Program-made: the position numbers and the translations under genes
The notes under the pieces: generated by a model
The model's database searches: none
Seen by the model: only the letters and a program-made list of their open reading frames with translations
Told to the model about the DNA's origin: nothing
Assembly (NCBI GenBank): GCA_001642005.1
Contig: LWCA01000083.1
Location: forward strand, 1 to 57,556
Direction: 5' to 3'
DNA length: 57,556 bases
Source of the DNA: Intoshia linei
Lineage: Eukaryota; Animalia; Orthonectida
In this document: in pieces, positions 11,501 through 24,800 of the stretch
Numbering within the stretch: position 1 is the first letter of the stretch
Layout: each line of letters begins with the position of its first letter

Positions 11501-14500
11501 CTCACTAAAAGCACGGTTTGTTTTTTTATTTTAAAAATTTGGTGTTTTTCATTAGCAACAAGATTTAATGCAATAAAACAAAAATATCAAAATATATGTT
11601 AATTTAGCCTTAATAGAGTCGGATTCAATCAAATGTTATTAATTCAAAATTAAAATGAAAAGTTAAAATAGAAATATATATAACTTTCCGAATTTAAAGG
11701 AGAAAATAGAATCTACAAACCCCAGTTAAGAATGATTAGCTACAGAACCAACAATATTATAAAATAAAAACATTTTCTGGTGACATTATAAAATTTTTTT
11801 CAGAGAATTATAGCTGGTTTGTATACATTTACTTTGTTAAGAGATTCAAAGGTTTATAGTATTTATTTTATTTGCGTGTATCTAAAATTTTATTGTTTTA
11901 TCAATTCAAAAATATGAATTATACAATCAAAAAAATAGTTAGGATGTGGAGTTGAGAAATTTTTTATTATTAGAATAATGCCGCGAGTGAAAGGGTTAAG
12001 AAACCTGATGTAGAAAATAAAATATGTAGGTCCAAAATATTAGAATATTTTTTATTTTAAGTTAGAAAAACGTGGTCTATAAATATATTAATCATAGTAT
12101 TGATTCTATACTATACAATAGATATAATTTTAAATTTAATATTTTGTCGATCATTACAGTGTTCACTTAACACTGATGATTAATATCATAAACTGTATTT
12201 TATTGGGGTGTCTACTTAAATCTAACCATTTTTACTAAAAATCAAAAAATACCAACATTAACAGGAAAAATTCAGTTTTACCAACCCTAAAAGTAAAATT
12301 CTTAAAGGTTGGTAAAAGTGGGTTTTTCCCATAAGGTAGTGTGATTAGAAAAAAACGTACTATCACTTTTAGTTTATTTGGAATAAATTTTAAGCCAAAA
12401 ATTTTTATTAGTCATCATAGATAAGTAGTTTTCACTTTACATTTATCACCAAATAAACTAAAATTGATAGTACGTTTTTTTTCTGGTCACACTACATAAG
12501 GGTTGGTAAAATTGGGATTTTTCCTTAGGGGTTTATAAAAGTGGATTTTTCCCTTAAAGGTTGGTAAATTTTGATTTTTAGTAAAAATGGTTGGGTTTAA
12601 GAATATTCTTATTTTATTGCAATTTGGAACTATAATAAAGCTCGTATGCTATATGAAAATTACACATTGATTTATTATTATTAATGTAATAATAGTTTAA
12701 TACAGAGGTTCCTAAATGGCGGTCCGTAGAAAATGTGTTTGAAACTTAAATACAATAAATAGTATTAATTTTATTTTATCGTACATATATTTTTTTCAAT
12801 TTTTTCTAATAGTTTCGTTTTAGTGGCCCAGAGAAATTTCATAATAAATTACCAGTCTATGGTGAAAAAGTGTGGGAACCCCTGTTTTTGTATTAAAATT
12901 TAATATAATAACAATAAACTGTCAATATTAATATTATTTTAGCGAATAATGGCACTCGATATTTTTGCAGATCAAATTTTAGATCTAAAAAAATCTAAAC
13001 CTGATAGTTTTTTCAATATTTTTAAAACATTTGAAATATTACTGACTGATGCTTTATCAATTTATAGGTATTATATTTTTTGGTCTGATAGACTTCTTCT
13101 GATTGTGTTTAGCTGCATTATATGAGAATTTTGATCCACATCATAATTTGACTCTTATGAGATTAAAATTTATTATACAGTTATGGACAAAAAAAGTGAA
13201 TGTTTCAAATAACTTAAAGTTTTTGTAGTAAGAAAATAAAGAAATTGTTGATAGAACCGTAAATTCAATAGAATACATAAATATTATTAGCAATAAACTT
13301 TAAAGATAATGCTAAATATCCACTGAAATGATGAACTTATCCGACTATGTCAGGGGTCATCAACCAGTCGCCTACAGAATAACTTTGAAGATAAAAATTA
13401 GGGAAAGAGACTCTACAAATATATTGAAGATCGAAAAAATGTAAATTTAAAAATGGATGTTGATATCTTTAGAAAATACCCAAAGGCTTGCTTTAACTAT
13501 GTTCAAACGTTATAGAGGTATTTTTAGGGCAATGTAGGAAACACAAATAATTAAATCATTAATTAAACTTTTCTAACTACTTTCACTTTTTTTGTCCATT
13601 CCCACAATGTTTTTCCTAATTTAAAAATGAACTGGTAATTCAATGTTGAAAATAAATGTGGCATACAGGTAAACTTTTTGGCGGCTTCATGATATGTCAT
13701 CTATATTATCAATTAAAATTCTTTTTTGTCCACAGCTGTGTAATACACAGTGTGTATAGTAGGAAGAGGTAGTTAAACTGTATCCCGCTGACTAAATTTG
13801 AGTCATTTGGAAATATTTTTGTTATGTCAAAGATAAAGAAAAACTGATTTACGCAATGATGACTGGTACACATTGGGTACATTTTTATTATATTGGTAGT
13901 GAAGTCGTCGCCCTCACATTTTGAACTCAATATCTAAACTTTTGGGATGGTTTTCAGTTAATGATGTTAATTAATTGATTATTCTGAATTAACATTGCTG
14001 ATTAATAATATGAAAACGTGATAAATATACATAAGATTACATTAACGTTTATCCCACCGCTAACGATTGTCGTGGTTGTAGGATTTTAAATATTTTCTCA
14101 AAAAGGCACCCACACATTTCTCACAAACTCCTAGTCTCAAGTTACCAATTGTTCCATTTTGGTAACACAAAAGTGAAGGTTAAAATGGATGACCATAAAC
14201 AAAGATTAAACTCAAATCATATGATTCTTTATTTTTTACACAATTGATGTCCCATTTGAGCATTTTAAAATTGAAATGGTCAATTGTGTCATATCTTATT
14301 AATCAGGTAAAAATTTCGAACAGCTTAGCTAATTCATCTTTCTAATAATTCTTTACAGATTGATTTCTTTTTAGCTGACACAAGCAGTGACGGGTCTAGG
14401 ATTTTCAGACAGGGGGCGAAATGATTATTAGGGGGCTAATCTCATATGTAAAAAAAGAAATAAAAAAAATAAAATGATTAATAAAATATATATTATATTT

Positions 14501-17500
14501 ATTTTTATTATTTTATATTTATAATTTTTTTTTTTTTGTATTTAAATTCGAATTTTTATATTATGTTCATTAATATATTTCTTTATTTACATCAGTGTTC
14601 GGCAAACTTATTTCTAAAGCGGGCCACATTGATCATTTCGCGGGCGGCACAAATTTCGTGAATACACATAAAACAATTTAAATTGATAAAATTCTATTTT
14701 GGCTTGTAAATTTGATTGTTTTTTTTAAATATTAAAGTGTCAAAATTTTATTTAAATAATTAAAACAATTATTGTTTTTAGAATGCATTTTAATTATTAA
14801 TTGTGTTTATTATTAACAAAGTAAGTTTCAAAATTGTATGTATTTATAATTATATTTATGCAAACAATAAAAGAAAATTTGTTTAAATTTGAACAAAAAT
14901 TAGCCTATTATTGATAAATAATACTTATAATTGATTTTGTAAATTGCTAAAATTTTGGAAAAATATTTAATTTAATTTTTGATATAATTAACCAAAAAAA
15001 TTAATTTTTATATCATTTTCGTCAGTTTAATTCAATTAAAAATAATCAATTTTTGTATTCAATAATGGTTGATTTAGGAAAATTTAATCTAATGTATAAA
15101 AACTGAAATATTCTTATTTACAACTTTATTTTTTACAATCTTACAACTTACAATTTTATTGACCAAACGGAATGTTGACACAGTGTCATATTTGGAAAAA
15201 CATTATGCAATAGTGCAATCTAATTGAATAGCAGAGATATTTTATGACATGCCATAAAATTTGTACTCCACATTAGCTTACTATAGTTCGGCAAATTTTT
15301 TGTTTGTGGGCCATAGTTTACCGAACGGTAATCTACATTATAATAATTTATTTAATTTTCAGCAAATTCTCTTAAGATTATTAACAACGTTAAGTCCGAT
15401 AATTTAACTTAAACTGTTGTTAAACACCGATATAAATTAATATATATAAAACGTAATCAATGATAAGCATAATTAAATAAACACAATTTGATGGAACCTA
15501 GAAAAATTTTTATAATTTTACATAATGTTAATGTACAAATGAAAATATTTTATGGCACATTTGTCACACATGGGGCGCGACATCCCCTGCACCCCAACTA
15601 AATCCGCTACTGGGCACAAGGATAGATTTATTCTAACATAATCGTGTTTTATCAATATCATTATAATTCCACGTCGCTACGTAGACTTTTCGATCACAAA
15701 CAGTAATGATATGGACTTTTTTTTCCTGTCAGATTACTTTTTGATATAAGATATTTTGGAGAGTTATTGTTTATTATTAGGTTTTATTTTTATATTTTTC
15801 ATTAATGTTGTTTACTAATGTAATACGTGCAAATCATGTAAAAATAAATTGATTAATACTAAATAAAATTAAGCATAATTGTAAAAACCTTTATTGTTCC
15901 CTTTTGGGAACATTGATTTTTATTGTATTAATACAGTTACACAATTATTGTAATTTCTATTATAATTTACAATTACAGATAAACAGTATTTTAAATTTGA
16001 TGGGAAATAATTTGTGACCGAGGCAAGTTTATAGTTATAATACACAAGCTTTAAATATAAAATGGAACAAAAAATTCAAAAAAATTCATGATTCTCTGAA
16101 AAATGAATCGATGAATATAAAGTATTACTTTTTCTCAGGAATGATAGACAATAATGTATATTGATCTGATCAAATATATAGTAAAATACTATTGACAATT
16201 TATGATAAATCAAAGTAAATTACTAAATATTTTAGAATTTTTTCATTAGAGCAGGGTCCCCCAACATTTAGTTATAATTCCCCTTAAATTAATCTCTTTA
16301 AATTCCTTTTGTAATGTTGTGCCATCTTCGTGGATTCATGTATTTCACCGAGATTTACGTACCTTGATCCACTACAAAATAAAAACTGATTGAAGTCGTA
16401 CAATGTACTTTTTATAATCGTTGCATGTTTCCAATAAGTCAATTACACGTAGTATGGATTTTTTCATGAATCTATTAATCGGGTTATACCTGTATTATAA
16501 CTATTATTATTATGATTGTTTTGTGTTCATTTTTATCAATCCACATTTCTTAACCTTGTTTGACTAGCAACATCAAATAATATTTTTAAGTAAGTCAACT
16601 TTACAGATGTATTTATTTATTCTATATTTTATTTGTATTGTTTAGAGTTAAAAAGTTTTTAAATCATATACTCAATACTTTACATGAATTTACGAATTTC
16701 ATTGTTTTGCCACTGAACGAAAAGTATATTTATTCATATATTAATAATTAATTAATTTTCCTGAATCTTGAAAATTCTTGACTTAATTTACTTAAATATT
16801 CCAATTTTACTTTTCATTTTGTAGATCCTATAGGTTTTTAATTTCCACAAATTAAAAATATTTCTGGGTCGTACATTATTTACATAACTTTGATTGTATT
16901 GTGTATTCAGTATTATTTGTTTCAAGTTTTTTTTGACATTCAAGTATTTTAAATTATTTTTTATTTACAAATATTTTTAGATGGTACAAAACTGCTACGG
17001 ATATTTTCAATCTAATTGAAACGCATACTAAACTGACTAAAATTTTTAAAGACATAAACTCTTGCACAAAATTGTAATTTGTTGGGTCAATTATTTATTT
17101 TATATTTTAGATATTGTGCATTTTTGGAATACTCTGATGTTCTATATAAAAGAGGAATTGAAATGCTGTTGATATTACTCAAATCGGAATATCCAAAGGT
17201 TTTTTTTAAATCTACATTAAATAATTATCTAAATTAATTTTATGTAATGAACTATTATATATTTTGATCGTATGCAGTGCTCCCATATTTTGATTTTACT
17301 GAATATAATTTTTAGACCATCGCCCTACCTCAATTAACTGTTTTATTATTAATATTTTTTTAGTTAATAATTAGTCTGTTATTTTAGTGATTCCCAGTCG
17401 ATTTTGTTTTGATTTTGTTTTGAACTAGTATTATTACTATATTATCTTTAGATACACGTTTTACGTGTTTCAACTGGATGTTGAAAAGAGTATGGATTAT

Positions 17501-18605
17501 ATTGAATTGGCTCCATCTAATTTTTTAGAAAATTTTTTATTTTAATTTCAAAATAACGCAATTTTCTTAATTTTTATTAAAAATTAATATAAATAATAAG
17601 ATACACTTCTTTGTTTATAACCACTGGATCTATAAAGCTAGGCTAGTTGGTAATTAACTTCTGTTTCAATTAAATTAGTGTATGTAAATATCAAGACGAT
17701 TGCAATATTTCCAAGTATTATTGTTTAATTAATTTACTAAAAATAACGGGACAAATAGAGCACTGTAAGCAGACCAATTATCCCCATTAAATTCATATAA
17801 AAGATCCGACTAAATACTGCTATTGAATTTCAAGAAAATTTAACTGTATTTGATGATTTTTTTCAAAAAAAACTGGAACCTAACAAATTCAACGAAATTA
17901 GTACAATTTTGGTGGAAACGCAATGGTAATGTTTATTTCATTTTATTTTTTATTTTTGGTATTGTACTTTCACTATTCGAATCAATGCAGAATTGTTGAA
18001 AAATACGATGGTTTAATGCACCCCCTTTTATGAAATTCAGTTTTAACTACAGAATTTATCACTTCTTTAAAATGGAGTGGTAAACATAAATACTGTAATT
18101 CTAAAAATTTTTTAAAATCGAAACCAAAAAAAATTCAAAAAAACTTGGGAAAAAATGGGTTAATATAGATCCGTGAACCGGTAAATACCTTATCAAAAAT
18201 GGAATATTGAAAATATGTGAACTAACACAACTTAATAATGTCATCCTTTTGTAACATTTTTTAGCAATTAGATTTTGAGTCAGAGAAAAGTTTAATTTGA
18301 AATTATGGGTCCGATGTGAATAAATTTTTACAAACCTGAGTTAGTTCAACAGTGCTTACGGTAGTTTTAAAAATTATTCCAATAAAATACTTATTTTAAG
18401 ATTTTAAATAGGGTAATATGTAATGATAAATAAATATATAATTATATATCAATATAAATAAATATGTAAATGGAAATAAGCTAAAATGTAATAATTCATA
18501 TTCCAATTTTTCAAGAACTTCATTAATTAATTTAGGTGTGAAGATGAAGATTATCAACTTAAAATTATCGAACTGAAAAAATTGTTTAATTGTAGTATAC
18601 TATAA
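8564..18605 (+). CDS. TBCD: Tubulin-specific chaperone D (HEAT/ARM repeats), 7 exons
   Basis: Exons 8564-11515, 12943-13067, 16646-16723, 16981-17073, 17111-17198, 17804-17925, 18536-18605, all phase-consistent. Motifs LLIWLSIVCLIPFD, VRWSAAKGICRI, HGMCLVFAELGR.G.LLP, VRDAACFTLWSFSR, FDRSVTVRRAASAAFQE..GR, GDVG, IGGLT, YPKIR, ETQW. Confidence 0.93.
12216..12600. mobile_element. Foldback-like element with an internal MITE
   Basis: Outer inverted arms TTAAATCTAACCATTTTTACTAAAAATCAAAA / TTTTGATTTTTAGTAAAAATGGTTGGGTTTAA are built from GGTTGGTAAAA subrepeats. An inner ~46-bp inverted repeat spans 12337-12495 and is flanked by duplicated CATAAG(G). Confidence 0.7.
13178..13738. mobile_element. Internally deleted Tc1/mariner-like element
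   Basis: TA then CAGTTATGGACAAAAAAAGTGAA at the left. Inverted copies TTCACTTTTTTTGTCCAT (13582-13599) and TTCTTTTTTGTCCACAGCTG (13719-13738) at the right. Confidence 0.55.
14385..15612. mobile_element. hAT-family non-autonomous element (outer element of a nested pair)
   Basis: TIRs CAGTGACGGGTCTAG / CTAAATCCGCTACTG. 8-bp TSD GACACAAG / GGCACAAG. Remnant of the hAT C-terminal dimerisation domain on the minus strand (KLSDLTLLIILREFAEN, ~15355-15410). Confidence 0.75.
14593..15330. mobile_element. Charlie-like hAT MITE nested inside the previous element
   Basis: TIRs CAGTGTTCGGCAAACT / AGTTTACCGAACGGTA, subterminal GCGGGCC motifs, 8-bp TSD ATTTACAT / ATCTACAT. Confidence 0.75.
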
Positions 18606-18851
18606 TAAGAATTATTAATCTCACGATTAATGTATTAAAATTTTCAATTTATTAGGGTTCAATTTTTCCAAATTTGCATTATTCCATTCGTTAAAAGAAT
18701 AAAATGTACTTGGAAATGTCTATTCTTTGTAAATAGATAAATAGCAATGTGTATACGTTACCGTAATATAAAATAAAATGATAAATATGAGGTTGCGAAT
18801 GGTATATAAATATGTTGACAATTCACTAGGATAAATTTAAAAATTTTACAA

Positions 18852-21800
18852 ATGATAAAATTAGTTTTTTTGTTAATTTTGAAATTGGTTATTGTAAAAA
18901 GTGTTTCATATGAATATTTGAAAAGTTCATTGGCAGATTGTAAATCCTCACGGGCTGACGAATTTCAAGAATATTTTGATACAATTACGTTACAATGTAC
19001 TCAATGTCCACAAGATTCAAAGAAAAATGTGGTTTCGTCTGACGGTAATTCGATTTTCGAAATATATCCTTATTTTGTTAATAGGTTATAGTTGTGTTTG
19101 TACTCCAAAATATAGAAGAGTAAACAAAGACGGTAATGTAATATGCGAAAAATGTCCAAATGATTTGGTTGCCGATGAAGACAATGGCATGATTTGTGTA
19201 GAGTGCAGTAAAAGCTCTCCTTACAATAATATCACTCAATCTTGTGAAAAATGTTCAATTGATTCTGTATCAGGTTATTTTTAAAAATTTTTAACTGTAA
19301 CTCAATTTTTATAATAAATGATTTTTCAATTTCATTGAAATTGAAATTCAATCATTAAATTAACTTTTTAACTTAAAGGTTAAACGTAATTTGTGATTTG
19401 TATAGTTTTCAATTAAGGAGTAATAAATGTTACGAAATATATTTATTATTTGTTTTAATTAGCTGTATTAAACGTTGATGGAAGTCCCATTGTTGATAAA
19501 GATGAAGCTATAGTACCAACTGTGCCACTAGAGAACATGGAAAGTACACAAAATGTAACAAACCCTGTAACAACCTCACCAACAAATATTAAAGCAAAAA
19601 ACATTGCAATGTATTCCAAGCATTGTCTTCCTTGTAATAAAATGACCATACCAGATGAAGATAAACAGAGGTACTTTAAACATCAATCTCAGTTTTTATA
19701 TAGGTCAAAATGGCCTATCTATTTTATAGTTGGAATTTATTTTATAAAATGTTTAGATGTACCGTTTGTACCAAAAATACTATTTACTTGAAAAGTTTTT
19801 CAAGTTGTATATGTCCCGTGGAAAGACAAAGCGGTTCATTTTGTTTTGAAAGTAAGGATTATTTACCTGGAAATAGTTTAAATCTGTACAAAACTACATA
19901 TGGAAATTTAAACATTGACTCGGCGTACTTTAAAGATAATATTAGAACAAATTATGGCCTTTGTATGGTAATTTAATTTATATACATAACTAGGTTGACT
20001 GTTATGTACTACGTACAAACAGCACCTAGCTCTGCCGAGGGAACATTTTTATTCTATCAAAAAAATCTAACTTAAAAATCTTACTATTCACTATTATCAA
20101 TCCTTTAAAGAAATGATTATCAAACTTGTTTCAGGTGGAACTGTCATATCACGTTACCTTTTAATTAACTTTGTTTCAATTTGATACGTGTTTTTATAAT
20201 TGTAATGTTGTAACTGTAATGTGACCATATGGTCACACTGGAAGTATATGAGTTAAAGTGAATTATTCCATCTTAATTTTGTTTTGTTAGTATTTGCGTT
20301 AACAATTTTAAAAACAATTGTTATAAATTCCATAAAAAATAAAATTATAAATACTAAAATATAATGTGAATACTTAAAAATACCAATTATGTATCAATAA
20401 TTAAGGAATCAAGACTTTACATAATTATGTATAAACATATTTCAGGTGAATTTCACCAATATTGCAAAGGATTGTAATAAATATAAAAATCATAATAACA
20501 AAGTTGTATTAATATTTAGTAATGCGTTGTTGTAGTTTTAATTTAAATTTTAAACAAAATGTTTTAAAAATGAAAATTTGAGATTCAAAAATTGCGAACA
20601 ATGAAAAAAATTACGAAGGAATGAATGATATAAATTTTCAGCCATAGTTCTTTATTGGAAATGTGTAGACGTTCAATGCATGCGTTCAATTTTTTTGAAA
20701 TTGTAGGATTAATACATATTTATACATTAATTTATTATTATTAATTATTATATTATTAATATAATTATAATTTATTATTATATATATTTATAATCATTGA
20801 TTATTAATCAATAATGTATTTACATTTTCTCGACTTTTTATATGTATTAGGGTGTTGCAAAAAGTAGAAACTTTGCGATTTTTTATTAGCTTAGCTTTTT
20901 AGTTGTGTTTAGTTTTAGTTTAGAGTTTTTCTTAGCTGTAAAATTATTTTTATTTAAAAATTTTCTGGTATGCCGCTTAAGAACCCATGTATTACATAGT
21001 TATCAAATTGTATTTAAAGAAAAGTAGTAATTAAAGCATGTAAATATTTTTTGTATAAAACTAATATTTAATTTGTTATTAGAGACATAATTGTTTTTGC
21101 TCAAATAAGATAAAATTATTATAATATGATCTTATATACATTTGTACATTTATATACATTAGGGGTGTGAATTTTTTCACTTTTTTGCGAAAATACAAAA
21201 GTTCTGCCCCATACATGGAAGATGGGGTTGAATGATACATAATTATCAAAAAATTATATTAAAAGAGATTAAAAAAAACCATGGGGCAAAGCACTTCAAA
21301 ATATGAATAGTGAGCAAAATTTAATTTATTTTGTATAGTAAATTTCATAGTAATAATTATTTCCATAACAATTAATTTTGAATTTATATTTATTCAGTTT
21401 TCTCATTGGAATCGGTTTTTTATCAATTCGGCGTTCATCATTCGCTAGACGATAATTTTGCGCATCTTTATAGCTATTTGTGTAGTATATTGAGTCTATG
21501 TGTAGTAATTGTGATACGAATTCAGATTTAATGTGAAAACACTTTAAGAGTGATAATATATTATATAACTGAGAGATATAAAATAAAGGTGACAATCACA
21601 GTTTATTACAATTTGTATAAAAAATTTTATATTTAAAATAATATTTTTAAGAAAATTGTCATATATTAGTTACTGTGATCGATGTATTGTTCAAAACTTT
21701 AGAGGCGATGTCCCAGGGTTTTTTTAACAGTTGAGAGGTAAGATTGGGTGCAAATTGAATATTTTCCAAATGTTCATATGGTGGAAGGCTGCACTTTTGA

Positions 21801-24800
21801 TATAAAAATTCGTTTACACCCCTAAAATACATATATATATTATTAAATATTTAATTAATATTGCTTATAAATATTAATTTCATGACTATACAGACCCGTC
21901 CATATGTTTTGAACAGATAGTAAAATCGCCGCAATCTGTATAAATTTTAAATTTTATAATTTTTTAAGTGGCTAACGTACTTAATAACAGAAATTCTATT
22001 CCTTAAAAAATTGTTTTGGTTGCGACGATACATTAAATGTAATAAAAAGTAATCACGGGTTCTCAAGACATATGAACGACTAAAATTATTACAATTTAAT
22101 AATATCATCATTCTCATATCTAATAATTATCTAACAGTCTTCAAATTTAATTAATAACTTCCGATCATATTTACATTCCCTGAAATATAAAATAAATTAA
22201 ACAAAAACACTTATTAATAAAATAATTAACGATTTTATAAGGTGCTCACATATGGACGTGTCTGTATATATAGATAATTCTTAATATTCATTTGAAATCC
22301 ATTTAAATTTTTCTAACACTTTAATTTTGTACAAATATGTTAAACTTCAATACTATTGTTGGTAAGAATTATTAATTATAAGTGTTTAGCCTTCAATCAA
22401 TAACCAAACGGCTTGTCAAATACTGTCAAATATGTGCGTACTGATAATGTATAGCCGAACCAATGAATTGACGGCAGTAAATACTGATGCTTGTGGTCTC
22501 TACTTTAGACAATTGAATTTAGATAGATTCAGTAAAATTATTACTGTTCCAACTACAAAAAACAATACTACCCCAACTGACAATACTAAAACAGCTACTT
22601 CACGCTTACAACAAAGAGATAGACCCATAGATTTACCATGGTTATATTATTTGGAAGAAACTGGAAATATAATTTTGTCTCACAATGTTTTGGAAAAGAT
22701 TTACGCGTTACCCGCATCAAATTTAGAGATTGAATTTTCTAAATATAGTCTCGATGGTAAATTTTTAGGAATGTTTAGCTCTGTTGGTGGAGAAATTCAA
22801 TTATGCAAAGAAGGCGTTTTACGATTGGATTCAGCTTGGAAAATTGGAGTTGAATATAAACAAGCAGTAATTAATTTAATTTTAGTTACCAAAAATTTTA
22901 TCTGAGAGGAGGAAACCTTTTTTGATGCATTTATATTATATTATTTATATTAATTTATAAGATAATTGTTTTAGAAGGTGTACCTTTAAAGTTGAAACAA
23001 TTACTAAATATTTTTTGAAAGTGTGACGTGACATTTTGTAATCCGTCATAAACTCGAAACCGTACACTGGTTACTTGTATATATAGTGGATCGGTTTATT
23101 TAAATACTTTAGTGAACTTTTATTCTTTATTATTATTGTATTTTTAAATTAATGTAATATATTAGTGTACTATACGAGCAAAAGATTTATGGAATACGGA
23201 AAAATACCCAACAAATTTATATGATCCGTTTTTAAGTTCAATTGTAGAAGGGGAGACAGTCTTATATCCAATTCCAGTTTTAATCACAAACTATATGGAT
23301 AAAAATAAGAATAAAGTGAATGTAGGTTCGAATGCAAAAGACTGGCCATCAGATAAATGGCAATTCACTAGAAGGTTTTTTCTAGTCGATAATATAGGAG
23401 GAATAGCAGTAAAAGGTAACTTTATCAAAAATCAAATTTTTTGGTGATTATATCGACGTCCATTCTCTAGATCCGGTATGCTCAACCTTTTTTCATCTAT
23501 CACCCCCTATATGAAAAATTTTTCATTTTTGTAGGATTATCGCCCTTCCACAAACATTTATCATGGACTATTTAATAATGTAAATAAAAGCAAAAATGCT
23601 TCACTATAGTACGACTTGTAGTTTTATACGTTTAATGTAATGTATAAGAAAATTATAATATCAGTTTAAAAATATTCCAATATAAACCCTACAAAATTTA
23701 AGTCCAAAAATTATCTTCAAAATCTTTAAAAATTGGATGAAAAAAATTTCCCACAAACCCACAAACATTTGGTCGAAAAATCAATAATATGATTAATTAT
23801 CAAAATATATGATTCTATCGCTCAAATGAATGTTCGCCGATTATATCAAAAGTTAAATCCAACCAATGGACTTAAATATAATCCTGATTCTACCTTTTTT
23901 CGATATTTGGAAATATAAATTTAGTGTAGTGATTTAATTTTAATTTATAATTAATTTCAAATAAATATCGTACACTATAAATTTGGTAAATAATATTATG
24001 TAAATGTAATAATTTGGTTAAGTTATAAACTGTGTCAATATAATTGAGAAATAAAAATATTATAATCCACTAGTTAATTAAGATGGCTTTTGCCTTAAAA
24101 TAATTACTTTGTTACTAAAAATGAGTAATCTGGTTTTTCATTGTTAAAGAATAAATTTATGATAATGCTGTTAATTTTAAACAAAACTATTTCTTAATGT
24201 ATGTTTAATAAACTTCTAGGGCTTTTTTCATTTTTAAAAAAAGGTAATTTGTGTTTTTGACCCTCAAGGACTCAATTTCTGAAAATGAAATTTGCGATAA
24301 AACATGATCCTTGAAAAAGTATTAAAAATGTTGGTTTAAAATAGTTTAAAAATTGTTACTTTTTAATTAAACGGTAACTTATAGTATAACACAAATAGTT
24401 ATTATAATATTTTATAATAAATTTTGTAAATAAATTACTGTGTCGCGAAAAGTTTTTTAATTGTCTCAAAGTATATTAATGATTAGGCTCATCAAAAATA
24501 CAAGATGCGCTGATAGATAAAGAAACCGAAGATACCGAAATAGCTAAAGCCGTGAGATATGCGAAATCAATAGTATTTTACATAACCTTAAAGGAAGCAT
24601 TTACAACCAACACAATAGGAATTGACAGTGGGTCAACAGACGGTCAAATAATGCCACCGTTTATGGTGATAGACTACGATGTGGTTACATTGGACGAAAT
24701 TACTAATAATCCAAATGCCCACATTAGTACAACTTTTGAAGTAAAATACAGAATGTCTACAATAACATTTCAAAGTAACTTTAACTGGTCAATTCAAGGT

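Noticed and set aside
13113-13179. Candidate TBCD exon after TTTAG
   Set aside because: Wrong phase (TGA in the required frame); exon 16646-16723 fits both phase and homology.
13709-14330. Coding-looking minus-strand sequence in TBCD intron 2, including the 73-aa ORF
   Set aside because: Multiple stops and no family recognised; it may be a decayed fragment but cannot be supported.
21326-21595. 89-aa minus-strand ORF
   Set aside because: Lies inside a hAT-like MITE, has a non-ATG start and no clear domain.
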